A stretch of 64,000 nucleotides of DNA from Methanobacteriota archaeon (GTDB lineage Archaea; Thermoplasmatota; Thermoplasmata; SG8-5; JAGLSY01). Positions 1 to 8,583 of the stretch are shown here, in pieces. A program made the position numbers and the translations under genes. The notes below the pieces were generated by a model. The model saw only the letters and a program-made list of their open reading frames with translations. It was not told where the DNA came from and did no database searches. The stretch is from NCBI GenBank assembly GCA_020696385.1, contig JAEHCQ010000002.1, positions 256,001-320,000 on the forward strand, given 5' to 3'. Within the stretch, counting starts at the first letter, position 1. Every line of letters starts with the position of its first letter.

Positions 1-1697
1 CTGTAATAATCGAAGTCGATGCCGCCACCGCCGCATTGGAATGTATTATTATCTATGAGGTAACCACCCAGATACATGTAAACATCCCCCTCTATGGAAT
101 AGGGAGCGCCATCCATTTCCACCTCTATCCCTTCCCATGCGGAGGTGATCGCATTGTCCCTTATCTTGATGTCTGGAAGACGTATGCTGGAAGAATCATA
201 CATATAATCTCCAATATACTCGTATTCGACCTCTATCGCGCGCCCACCAGTGGAGATCAATTCATTCCTCTCGATATAGACATCATCTATGAAACCAGAA
301 GAGAAGCCATAGTTATCATAGCCCATCTCATTAAACTCAAGATATATTGCCGAGGAAGTGGAGTTCACATAATTATCCATAATGTACGTTTTGTCGAGGA
401 CGACGGCGGCATTCTGTTCCATATCTTCGAAATATTCCCACCATATGACAAGGCCATTACTCGATCGCAATATTGTGTTGTTCCGAATATGTGCCTCGCC
501 CAATGTGATGGCGGAGTCATCGAATAGACAATAGAAATCGTAAAAATCCACAAGGATCGCGCGGCCAGGAACGTCAATGATATTTGATTCGACTCGGAGG
601 TCACCAAAAGTAACCTCCGCGTTGTCATAGAAATAATCATGATACTCCAAGTATGCTGTAATGCCACGTGTCGAAGCCTGGATCGAGGTGATGGTGTTCC
701 TGTTGATTATCAGGTTGCCGATCGTGCCTACAGTATTCCCATACCAGTCATATGTCCCATAATGTTGACCGCTAATTGCACTCCAAAGCTGATCCATCAA
801 GACATTGTCATTGACGATGATATCGCCGACATTCACTGTCACATCTGTTAGATAGTTAAAGCTACCACCGAACTGCATTCCATAACTACCGCCATAGACG
901 ATATTGTCTGAAATGAACATATCGCCAACTGTGATGGTGCCTCCGTCAAGATCCTCGACCTCAATATTATCGACATAGAACCCATAATTAGAGGTGCCAT
1001 TCAAGAAGATGGTATTGTTCGAGACCGAGGTGCTGCCCATAACTACATCACAGGGAACCAGGTTATTATATTCGAGATCGCCTCTCATGTAAATTGCATA
1101 ATCATTGGCTCCCGTCATATATATCTCATTATTGTCTATGTTCATGTCCAAGATCGTGTAGTCCGTGGTCAAGCCTAATTCGCTGAAGTATGAATATATA
1201 CCATGTTCGTTGGCCGTGATCGTGTTATACGATATATCATACCCGCTCGACCCAGTGATATAAATGCCGTACCCCGTGTTGCCGATTATTTCGTTCCCAA
1301 TGATATTTGTGTTATTTGCATAATTGATAGCGATGCCGTTCGCACCGTTGGTGACAGTGAAGTCTGTCATGCTGACCAAATCAGAAGTTATGGTCACAAC
1401 ATCCCCGGCTATACCGGAGATAGAGGTGACCCCGGTTCCATTCCCGACGAGGTTCACGGCCTTGTTCACGATTATGTTCTCGTTATAAGTTCCGGCCCAG
1501 ACATTGATCGTATCGCCCGGTGCGGCAGCGTCTATGGCTGCCTGGATAGTTGGGAAGTCCACAGGAACCGTGGACAGCGGAGTTGTTGTAACAGGCTCTG
1601 CAGCATCTACTACCCCCATCATACCAGTTACTCCGGCAAATGACATTCCGATTAATAAGCTTACTAATATTACTGATATATTCTTTTTTTGATCCAT
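1..1697 (-). CDS. Large secreted/surface protein with parallel beta-helix (NosD/CASH, pectin-lyase-like) repeats; continues off the left edge
   Basis: Absent from the ORF track, consistent with no stop inside the window. Manual translation from ATG 1697: MDQKKNISVILVSLLIGMSFAG (signal peptide)...DFPTIQAAIDAAAPGDTINVWAGTYNENIIVNKAVNLVG, the typical NosD/CASH N-terminal motif. The + strand ORFs here are antisense shadows. Confidence 0.8.
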   Translation of the reverse strand, partial: MDQKKNISVILVSLLIGMSFAGVTGMMGVVDAAEPVTTTPLSTVPVDFPTIQAAIDAAAPGDTINVWAGTYNENIIVNKAVNLVGNGTGVTSISGIAGDVVTITSDLVSMTDFTVTNGANGIAINYANNTNIIGNEIIGNTGYGIYITGSSGYDISYNTITANEHGIYSYFSELGLTTDYTILDMNIDNNEIYMTGANDYAIYMRGDLEYNNLVPCDVVMGSTSVSNNTIFLNGTSNYGFYVDNIEVEDLDGGTITVGDMFISDNIVYGGSYGMQFGGSFNYLTDVTVNVGDIIVNDNVLMDQLWSAISGQHYGTYDWYGNTVGTIGNLIINRNTITSIQASTRGITAYLEYHDYFYDNAEVTFGDLRVESNIIDVPGRAILVDFYDFYCLFDDSAITLGEAHIRNNTILRSSNGLVIWWEYFEDMEQNAAVVLDKTYIMDNYVNSTSSAIYLEFNEMGYDNYGFSSGFIDDVYIERNELISTGGRAIEVEYEYIGDYMYDSSSIRLPDIKIRDNAITSAWEGIEVEMDGAPYSIEGDVYMYLGGYLIDNNTFQCGGGGIDFDYY

Positions 1698-1835
1698 ATT
1701 CTAACCCTCGCACTTCTTAACAAATTTAAGATTGTTAACTAAGGACAATATTAGGTAATATTAATAATAGTTACCCTGGAGAGTGATTGAACGATCAACT
1801 TCCCAAATCTTATTATTCACCCCCTCTGATTCATC

Positions 1836-2396
1836 ATGGACATGGTATTTCATATTCAGATCAAGCCAGACCATCAATACAGGGTGGATATGTGCAAGAT
1901 CAAGGAACCTTTTCTGGAATTCAATTCTGGTCAGATGACCCTGATACTTCCAGAGGCTGCCAATCAAGATGAGGCGGTGAAAAAGCATGTTGCCTGGATC
2001 AGCAAAGTGCATGGCAATGTGCTTTATTCCCTTCAGCAAGCGGAAGCAAAGTCCCTGAAGACCAGAACCCAGGCGGATTTCAGACAGTATGTGTGGGAAT
2101 TAGCAGAGGCTTATTCCACCGAGCTGGGTGTGGATTTTTACAAGATAAAATTTAAAAAATTAGATGATAAATGGGCGAGTTGCGATACTGGTGGCAATCT
2201 CACCGTCAATACATTACTGAAGAAATTACCGGATGAGTTGATCGAATTTGTCATATTTCACGAGGTGGTGCATCGCCTGGAGATGAACCATGGCAAGAAT
2301 TTCTGGAAGCTGATCAAACAGAAATATCCCGATCACAAAAAGTTCGATATGGAGCTTTTCGTGTACTGGATGATGGTGGAGAAGATCACGAAGTGA
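1836..2396 (+). CDS. M48/YgjP (DUF45) family zinc-motif hydrolase
   Basis: KWASC...LTVNTLLKKLPDELIEFVIFHEVVHRLEMNHGKNFW matches the DUF45 HExxH...NH..FW signature. Confidence 0.8.
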   Translation: MDMVFHIQIKPDHQYRVDMCKIKEPFLEFNSGQMTLILPEAANQDEAVKKHVAWISKVHGNVLYSLQQAEAKSLKTRTQADFRQYVWELAEAYSTELGVDFYKIKFKKLDDKWASCDTGGNLTVNTLLKKLPDELIEFVIFHEVVHRLEMNHGKNFWKLIKQKYPDHKKFDMELFVYWMMVEKITK

Positions 2397-2481
2397 GTTC
2401 AAATCTCCCCAATTATGAATAAATATAATAAGAGCCACTCGGGAGTTCAAATCTCCCCAGTTTTGAATTAATAAAAATAAG
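2395..2481 (-). repeat. Duplicated and inverted copies of the tRNA-Thr 3' end (period about 48-49 bp)
   Basis: GAGTTCAAATCTCCCCA at 2395 and 2443; AATAAGAGCCACT occurs twice. A 22-bp perfect inverted repeat pairs 2440-2461 with tRNA positions 2486-2507. Confidence 0.85.
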
Positions 2482-2584
2482 AGCCACTGGGGAGATTTGA
2501 ACTCCCGACCTACTGATTACGAATCAGTCGCTATTTAGCGTTCTTTGGCTTTTAGTCCAAAGAAAACCGCTAAGCCACAGTGGC
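2482..2584 (-). tRNA. tRNA-Thr(CGT) with 31-nt non-canonical D-loop intron (position 20/21, 2535..2565)
   Basis: Acceptor GCCACTG/CAGTGGC, anticodon arm ACTGA-TTCGTAA-TCAGT, T arm GGGAG-TTCAAAT-CTCCC. Removing 2535..2565 restores the D arm GCTTAGCGGT|ATAGC. BHB: AGCG/CGCT helix with GT^T and AA^A bulges. Confidence 0.9.
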
Positions 2585-2643
2585 ATTTGGATTTTAAGAG
2601 ATAATTGGCAATGGGTTATAAAATTAATTGGGCAAGTGAGTGC

Positions 2644-3888
2644 TCACACCACACTGAATTTTAGCTTCGATCTCTTTAGTGATTCAACAACCGGCAATGG
2701 CTTTCCAGACAGCATGCTGATCAACGCTCCTCCGCCCGTACTCAGATGATCCACACGTTTTTCCAGGCCCAGCCTCTTGGCCACCGTGCCAGTATGGCCA
2801 CCGCCAATGACGGAGAAAGCATCCGAATCCGCTATCGCTTTGAATATCTCGATAGTGCCAAAGGAGAATTCCTCTATTTCGAAGACTCCCAATGGACCAT
2901 TTAATATCACATTATTGGCCTCATTGATATGTCCTATGTAATTGACTATAGTGTCAAGACCTATGTCGAATATCGGAAATTCAGATGGTAATTGATCCAC
3001 AGTGGCTCCATTTCTGGTACCATTATTATTCAAGGCAACATCTGTGGGGATCTGTATCTGGCCTGGATATTTTTCAAGAAGGCTCTTTGCTACGGCCACA
3101 TAGTCTTCATAGTCTGGAACTTCATTCTCAAGCACATTATCATTACCAGGTCCGACATCTATTCCCTTGGCCTTCAGGAAGATGGTCGCGATCAATCCGC
3201 CAGTCAATATTTTATTTGCAGATCCGGCTTCCAGCATATTACCCATGACCTCGATGGAATCATCGACCTTGGCCCCTGCGAGTATGGCCAATGTGCCCGA
3301 GCCCTTTTTCATCACCTTGCCAAGGACATCCAGCTCCGTCTCCATGAGCCTGCCCGCGATGGCCGGGATATTCTCCCCAAACCCGACAAGGCTTGGCTGC
3401 GCCCTGTGTGCCGCGGCATAGGCATCGCAAACATAATAATCAGCAACTGATGATAATCGGGATATCATGTGGGTCTTTGACAATACTTCTGGTTTAGCCT
3501 TTTTCAGCATGAGCTCCTCGGCATAGAATCTTGTATTTTCAAGCAGGATGATATCTCCATCCACCATCTGTTCTATTGCCTGGATAGCTCTGGAATCAAA
3601 TAATGAATCGACATATTTAACTGGGCGTTTGGCCAGCTTGGAAAGGCGAATGGCATGATTCTTCAGATTGGTGAAGTCCTTCTTGCCAGGTTTACTCTGA
3701 TGAGCGAGAATGATGACCTTGCTTTTCGATAGATCATCCAGGGTCTCTATATGTGCCCTCATTCGAGAATCGTCCAATATCTCTCCAGAAACTGGATCCA
3801 TTGGAGAATTTATATCCAACCTGAGTAAAACTCTTTTACCTATCAGATTGAAATCATCCAGGACAAAGAAGTTCCTTGAAATGGTCAT
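2644..3888 (-). CDS. pgk: Phosphoglycerate kinase
   Basis: VLLRLDINSP, ILAHQS, LLENTRF, DAYAAAHRA, GAKVDD, NGPLGVFE, GGGHT, STGGGAL; ATG 3888 follows a GGGGAG RBS. Confidence 0.97.
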   Translation of the reverse strand: MTISRNFFVLDDFNLIGKRVLLRLDINSPMDPVSGEILDDSRMRAHIETLDDLSKSKVIILAHQSKPGKKDFTNLKNHAIRLSKLAKRPVKYVDSLFDSRAIQAIEQMVDGDIILLENTRFYAEELMLKKAKPEVLSKTHMISRLSSVADYYVCDAYAAAHRAQPSLVGFGENIPAIAGRLMETELDVLGKVMKKGSGTLAILAGAKVDDSIEVMGNMLEAGSANKILTGGLIATIFLKAKGIDVGPGNDNVLENEVPDYEDYVAVAKSLLEKYPGQIQIPTDVALNNNGTRNGATVDQLPSEFPIFDIGLDTIVNYIGHINEANNVILNGPLGVFEIEEFSFGTIEIFKAIADSDAFSVIGGGHTGTVAKRLGLEKRVDHLSTGGGALISMLSGKPLPVVESLKRSKLKFSVV

Positions 3889-3984
3889 CACTCCCCACAT
3901 ATCACTTGATTATTTAATTATTTTCTATCCGAATAGATGAATGAGCGATCGATCATGATCGAGTTATGGTATTCTGGTAGATGA

Positions 3985-4758
3985 TCAATCAGGGCTCAGG
4001 TCCTCGCCACCGAAGAAAAGCATCTGGATATAGTTGTATAGATCTTCTATGCCCTCCATTTTTGTCGAGGATATCGGAATAATGTCTCGATGCATGTTGA
4101 AGCTCTCCATAGCTCTCAAGAATTCAATGGCCGCCAATGGTTTGGATGATTCCATATTATCATACAATGAGCTCATCAGCATATCTGGCTCCAAAGACCA
4201 TTCCACTATCTGGCTGAGATCCTCCTTGGTGACCGTATCTGATTTTCCAATGATATTGAGCAGCGGTGTATTGAACCTGGAGTTTATGGATGAGGATAAT
4301 AGGAACAATGATACCAGACCAGATGGATCTCTAGCCACCATCGGGTCCATGATGTAAGCGAGCACACTCTGGCCGGATGTGAAGGAGTTCAAAAAGACCT
4401 CACTGGCTTTCCTGAAGGCGAAAAGCTCGATCTGCCCAGGTGTGTCAATGAGCACATAATCTGACCTGAAAGAACCAATGACTTCAGCAATTTCATGAAA
4501 ATGAACAGCGGCTAGGTCCGCACATACGATCTGAGCACCATTGGGCCCCAGGCCATATTCTTCCATGACCTCGGGGACCGAGACCCAATCACGAATATCC
4601 ACGTCGGGCTGATATCCGAGCTTGTCAACGCCTGGATCCAGGTTCACGGTTATCGCGTTCAAGCCCCTTTCCTCCGCCCAGTTCTTGTAAGCCTGGGTGA
4701 GTGTGCTTTTTCCGGATCCTGCTGTTCCGATGAAGTATATTCTGGTTTCTTCTGCCAT
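3985..4758 (-). CDS. GPN-loop GTPase (archaeal PAB0955/XAB1 family)
   Basis: GTAGSGKST, NLDPG, YGLGPNGA, DTPGQIELF. Confidence 0.93.
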   Translation of the reverse strand: MAEETRIYFIGTAGSGKSTLTQAYKNWAEERGLNAITVNLDPGVDKLGYQPDVDIRDWVSVPEVMEEYGLGPNGAQIVCADLAAVHFHEIAEVIGSFRSDYVLIDTPGQIELFAFRKASEVFLNSFTSGQSVLAYIMDPMVARDPSGLVSLFLLSSSINSRFNTPLLNIIGKSDTVTKEDLSQIVEWSLEPDMLMSSLYDNMESSKPLAAIEFLRAMESFNMHRDIIPISSTKMEGIEDLYNYIQMLFFGGEDLSPD

Positions 4759-4824
4759 GTGATCGCCATCATCGCATTAGCCTGCCAAGTAATTAACTTT
4801 TTGCACTTGGATAATGGTGGATGA

Positions 4825-5157
4825 TCACAGGAACTTTTGGAACTCCAGATCCCGTCCCTCGGGATCTGTGGCGAAAAAATGATAGATATTGTATTTCTCA
4901 TTCAATTTTGGCTCGGTTGTGGATATGTCCTTATGCCGGAGATAAGCCTCATCCACCTCCTTCTCTGTTTCATAATAGAAGGTGATCATGCCATCCTTTC
5001 CAGTTTCCTGGCGTTGACAGAAGCCGAGCATGAGATTGTCATGCTTCAATATGATGCAATCCGCCTGCTCCAGCCAAATATCCATTCCCAATCTCGTGGT
5101 GTAGAAATCCACGATCTTCTCAAGCTCCCTGGTACTGAAAAAAATCAATCCTGACAT
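4825..5157 (-). CDS. VOC/glyoxalase superfamily protein
   Basis: FYTTRLG...FFATDPEGRDLEFQ VOC pattern. Confidence 0.85.
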   Translation of the reverse strand: MSGLIFFSTRELEKIVDFYTTRLGMDIWLEQADCIILKHDNLMLGFCQRQETGKDGMITFYYETEKEVDEAYLRHKDISTTEPKLNEKYNIYHFFATDPEGRDLEFQKFL

Positions 5158-5261
5158 TTGCACAACCTCGGAGGATAAACATTGGGAAAGTATTTTAATG
5201 TCCTCTTATTGTGGGGATTCATAATATGGCATATCTCGGTATGCTGTTATTAAAAAAGTCC

Positions 5262-5359
5262 ATATGGGCCCGTAGCAGACAGGCCCGTAAACACCAAAAC
5301 AATACAATATGGGCCCGTAGCCGACCTACGGTCCCGTAAATAAGAAAACAATACAATAT
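5262..5359 (+). repeat. Two upstream tandem copies of the tRNA-Lys 5' end plus leader
   Basis: GGGCCCGTAGC at 5266, 5311 and 5360 (tRNA start). AAAACAATACAATAT precedes copies 2 and 3. Copy 2 is followed by its inverted copy CTACGGTCCC. Confidence 0.85.
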
Positions 5360-5433
5360 GGGCCCGTAGCTTAGCTAGGTAGAGCGCCCGGCTCTTAACC
5401 GGGTGGTCTTGGGTTCGAATCCCATCGGGCTCG
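5360..5433 (+). tRNA. tRNA-Lys(CTT)
   Basis: Acceptor GGGCCCG/CGGGCTC, anticodon arm CCCGG-CTCTTAA-CCGGG, T loop TTCGAAT. Confidence 0.95.
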
Positions 5434-5456
5434 TATTTATTTATTTTATATTTTGA

Positions 5457-5595
5457 GAGCCCGAATGCCAGCAATGAATATTCTATTGGGATTCGAATGA
5501 AGTTCGACGAGTGATTTTCCGAGTGGAAGGAGGAAAATCGCAAGCTGGACTTGTTCGCTCCGCAAACAAGTCCAGGATCTCATCAGGCTCGTATT
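5457..5595 (+). repeat. tRNA-trailer element copy 1 (antisense T arm + two-hairpin core + duplicated tRNA 3' end)
   Basis: Antisense pieces GAGCCCGA and TGGGATTCGAA. Core AAGTTCGACGAG..GATTTTCC/GGAAAATC..CTGGACTTGTT/AACAAGTCCAG. ATCTCATCAGGCTCGTATT is a 17/19 match to the tRNA end. Confidence 0.85.
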
Positions 5596-5652
5596 CTTTT
5601 ACTGGATAGTTCATATCTCACGAGTGAGTTCCTACACGAGTAGCGGTTCTGT

Positions 5653-6747
5653 TCACTCCCTTATATTCTTCTTCACCCTAACAATTCCCACTGCCACAAC
5701 CATAGCCAACAGCATGGTCCACACACCGAACCCAGGTGTTTCATCAGGTACTGGTGGCGGTTCATAATCAGAATCTGCCTCATCTATGGAGGAGTCGTAC
5801 ATTTCCACCACGGAATAATAATTAGTGGAGCCACCGGATCCGCCAATAGCGTATATCATGCCGTCCACGACCCCCGCTGTTAAACTACTTCGTCCGGTGG
5901 GCATATTGGTTTTTGTTGTCCATGTATCTGTTGCAGGATCGTACATTTCCACTACTGTAGGATCATCATTGGGTCCACCGTATCCGCCAATAGCGTATAT
6001 CTTTCCGTCCACGACCCCTGTTGCTAAATTAGCTCGTTCGTTAGACATGTTGGCTTTTATTGTCCATGTATCTGTAGTAGGGTCGTACATCTCGACCGTG
6101 GAAAAAATATCATCACCCCATCCACCAATCGCGTATATCTTTCCGTCCACGACCCCCGATGCTAATCCCTCTCGTGCGATTGACATATTGGATTTCATTG
6201 TCCAAGAATCTGTTGCGGGATCGTACATCTCGACTGTGGGAAGATAATTACTCAAATCATACCTTCCGCCTATGGCATATATTTTTCCGTCTACAACTTC
6301 CGCTGTCAGCCTATTTCTTACGGCTGACATGTTGGCTTTTGCTGTCCATGTATCTGTAGTAGGGTCGTACATCTCGACTGTGGAAATAATGTTAGTGCCA
6401 TCCCATCCGCCTATGGCATATATTTTTCCGTCCACAACTTCCACTGCCATATAACCTCGTGCGGTGGACATGTTGGCTTTTGCTGTCCATGTATCTGTAG
6501 TAGGGTCGTACATCTCGACCGTGGAAAGAGGATGCCCGCCAATAATTCCACCAATCGCATATATCTTTCCGTTTATGACTCCTGCTGAAAGAAAAAATCG
6601 TGTAGTGGGCATATCCGCCTTCTCTGTCCAGACACCTTCCGCCCCTCTCACTTCCTCGCTCCCGAAGTGCACAGCGCCCAGGAACATCGTGAGCATGATG
6701 ATAGCGATTATTGTGATTGACCCTACCTTCCCTCTCATGATTGGCAT
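5653..6747 (-). CDS. Kelch-repeat (6-blade) surface protein with PGF-CTERM anchor
   Basis: Signal peptide, six xIYAIGG...VEMYD Kelch repeats, C-terminal TPGFG + TM helix + basic tail (archaeosortase A target). Confidence 0.92.
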   Translation of the reverse strand: MPIMRGKVGSITIIAIIMLTMFLGAVHFGSEEVRGAEGVWTEKADMPTTRFFLSAGVINGKIYAIGGIIGGHPLSTVEMYDPTTDTWTAKANMSTARGYMAVEVVDGKIYAIGGWDGTNIISTVEMYDPTTDTWTAKANMSAVRNRLTAEVVDGKIYAIGGRYDLSNYLPTVEMYDPATDSWTMKSNMSIAREGLASGVVDGKIYAIGGWGDDIFSTVEMYDPTTDTWTIKANMSNERANLATGVVDGKIYAIGGYGGPNDDPTVVEMYDPATDTWTTKTNMPTGRSSLTAGVVDGMIYAIGGSGGSTNYYSVVEMYDSSIDEADSDYEPPPVPDETPGFGVWTMLLAMVVAVGIVRVKKNIRE

Positions 6748-6947
6748 GAATGGAATCGTAGTAGATTAAAGTTTAGATGATTTACCCTCAGAACGCACTA
6801 ATCCTCAGTATTCGATCTATGCCATCATCCCACATCTATTTCACGCCCTATCGAGCTCATATTCTTTTATTCCGAGAACATTCGTGCCACATAGTCACCG
6901 CCAAAACAATTAAGGCAATTCAACAAATACCATGATACTGAAAGATC

Positions 6948-7868
6948 ATGAATGAGACTGTAGAGAACGAGGACACTGGCTCAATCTCCGATGCCGTGGA
7001 CCCCATAGAGGAACACACACCCAATAACAAACTCTTAGTCGTGCTCCTGACACTGGCCTTTGCATCAGTTGGCCTAAGCATCATAATGTTAGCATACATA
7101 GACCTGGAAGCAGCTATAGAACTGAACAGGGAGGATAAAAAGATAGAGAATTTCCAGGCCGTGATGTTCCTCATAGCGGGCATATTGTGGTTCATTGTGG
7201 TGGGGTGGAAAAGAAAGGCACCGGAAGTATCTAAGAAACGCTTAATGCTCTATGTCCTGCTCGGTCTTGGAATGGTCTTGTTCTTCTTTGAAGAGATCAG
7301 TTGGGGACAGAGGATATATGGATATTCCACCCCCTCAACACTTGAGAGCGTGAACACACAGGGAGAATCGAACATCCACAATATCGACTTCTTTGGAACC
7401 GTATTACCTCCCTATGAATTGATCGCACTGGCAGCGATAATCATCATAGCCATATTGCTCTTCGTAGCATGGAAGTACAAGGGTGTGGGGCGATCCATGG
7501 AACAGATATTCATCCCTCTGGGCCAGTACGATCTTGTCGCACCACTGCTCTTGTGCCTGGCTTTCGCAAGCTATCCCGATATGCCCGCCTCATACTGGCT
7601 CCTTGCAATACCATTCTTATTCCCAATTGCCGCAATGATATCGGGAAAGTTTCGGAACTTTTTCTCGAAGTTCCGAGCACCACAGTTCCAATTCATATTG
7701 ACAGCCGCAGTAGCGATATTGATGCTGGCTCTGAGTTACAATACATCCACAGCGGACAATATAAGCCACAACATAGCCTTCGAAACACGAGAAACGGTTC
7801 TGGCGCTCGTACTGGTGTGCTTTCCACTGTTCGAGGCAGGGCTCTTTAGGAGAGATCGTGGGAATTAG
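6948..7868 (+). CDS. Multi-pass membrane protein (EEISWGQR...NTQGESNIHN family), function unknown
   Basis: About 8 hydrophobic segments; EEISWGQR motif recalled from uncharacterised membrane proteins. Confidence 0.75.
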   Translation: MNETVENEDTGSISDAVDPIEEHTPNNKLLVVLLTLAFASVGLSIIMLAYIDLEAAIELNREDKKIENFQAVMFLIAGILWFIVVGWKRKAPEVSKKRLMLYVLLGLGMVLFFFEEISWGQRIYGYSTPSTLESVNTQGESNIHNIDFFGTVLPPYELIALAAIIIIAILLFVAWKYKGVGRSMEQIFIPLGQYDLVAPLLLCLAFASYPDMPASYWLLAIPFLFPIAAMISGKFRNFFSKFRAPQFQFILTAAVAILMLALSYNTSTADNISHNIAFETRETVLALVLVCFPLFEAGLFRRDRGN

Positions 7869-7978
7869 ATGCCAGACATATGCTGATGCAACTGACCACT
7901 TTATAGCTGTGAGTTATAGATTGGGAAGAGGAGAGTATTTAACCCACCATCTGCATAATCATCACTTGAGGAGATATC

Positions 7979-8446
7979 ATGACAAAAGTTCTAATCGTAT
8001 ATTATTCAAGATCTGGGAACACGGAGAAAATGGCGGAGATGATCGGATCAGCCATTGAGGGTGAAGGTGTGACCGTGGAATTAAAGACAGCTGAGGAGGC
8101 CACGCCAGAGGATATGCTGAAGGCCGATGGAATTATCGTGGGCTCACCTGTGTATTATGGTAGTATGGCTGCTGAATTGAAGGAATTCTTTGATAAGAGC
8201 ATCAAAGTGCATGGTGATCTGGATGGCAAGATCGGCGGGGCTTTTGCCACTGCGGCCAACTCGGGATATGAAACGACCATCAGGAATATTCACGAGGCCA
8301 TGTTGGTACATGGAATGATTATTCAGGGAGATACGGCCAAATATCATTATGGGCCAGTATCTATTAACGAACCTGGAGAGGAAGATGAGAAAGCCTGTAA
8401 AAGATTCGGAAAGAGGTTTGCAGAACTGACCATGAGGGCTCCCTGA
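7979..8446 (+). CDS. Flavodoxin-like WrbA family NAD(P)H oxidoreductase
   Basis: VLIVYYSRSGNTEKMA, GSPVYYG, GKIGGAF. Confidence 0.9.
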   Translation: MTKVLIVYYSRSGNTEKMAEMIGSAIEGEGVTVELKTAEEATPEDMLKADGIIVGSPVYYGSMAAELKEFFDKSIKVHGDLDGKIGGAFATAANSGYETTIRNIHEAMLVHGMIIQGDTAKYHYGPVSINEPGEEDEKACKRFGKRFAELTMRAP

Positions 8447-8583
8447 TACCGAAGTATCTTGAGCCCTTATTGAAATCAACCCCAAGCTAATTCCATTATA
8501 GTTTGGGGATGATTCAATAATGGGATGCGGATGGAAGTGAATCAGTACTTTCGGCCACCCCTGGGGAAGATAGATACCCTCTC

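Noticed and set aside
36-1692. Plus-strand ORFs at 36-527, 639-851 and 1203-1643, and the many other nested ORFs in the track
   Set aside because: Antisense or alternate-frame shadows of well-supported genes.
5262-5370. Mini-CRISPR of GGGCCCGTAGC repeats
   Set aside because: The repeat is the tRNA 5' end, and the intervening segments resemble each other, so they are not independent spacers.
5434-7900. Provirus or integrative element at tRNA-Lys
   Set aside because: No integrase or viral genes; the tRNA-end duplication encloses only about 140 bp.
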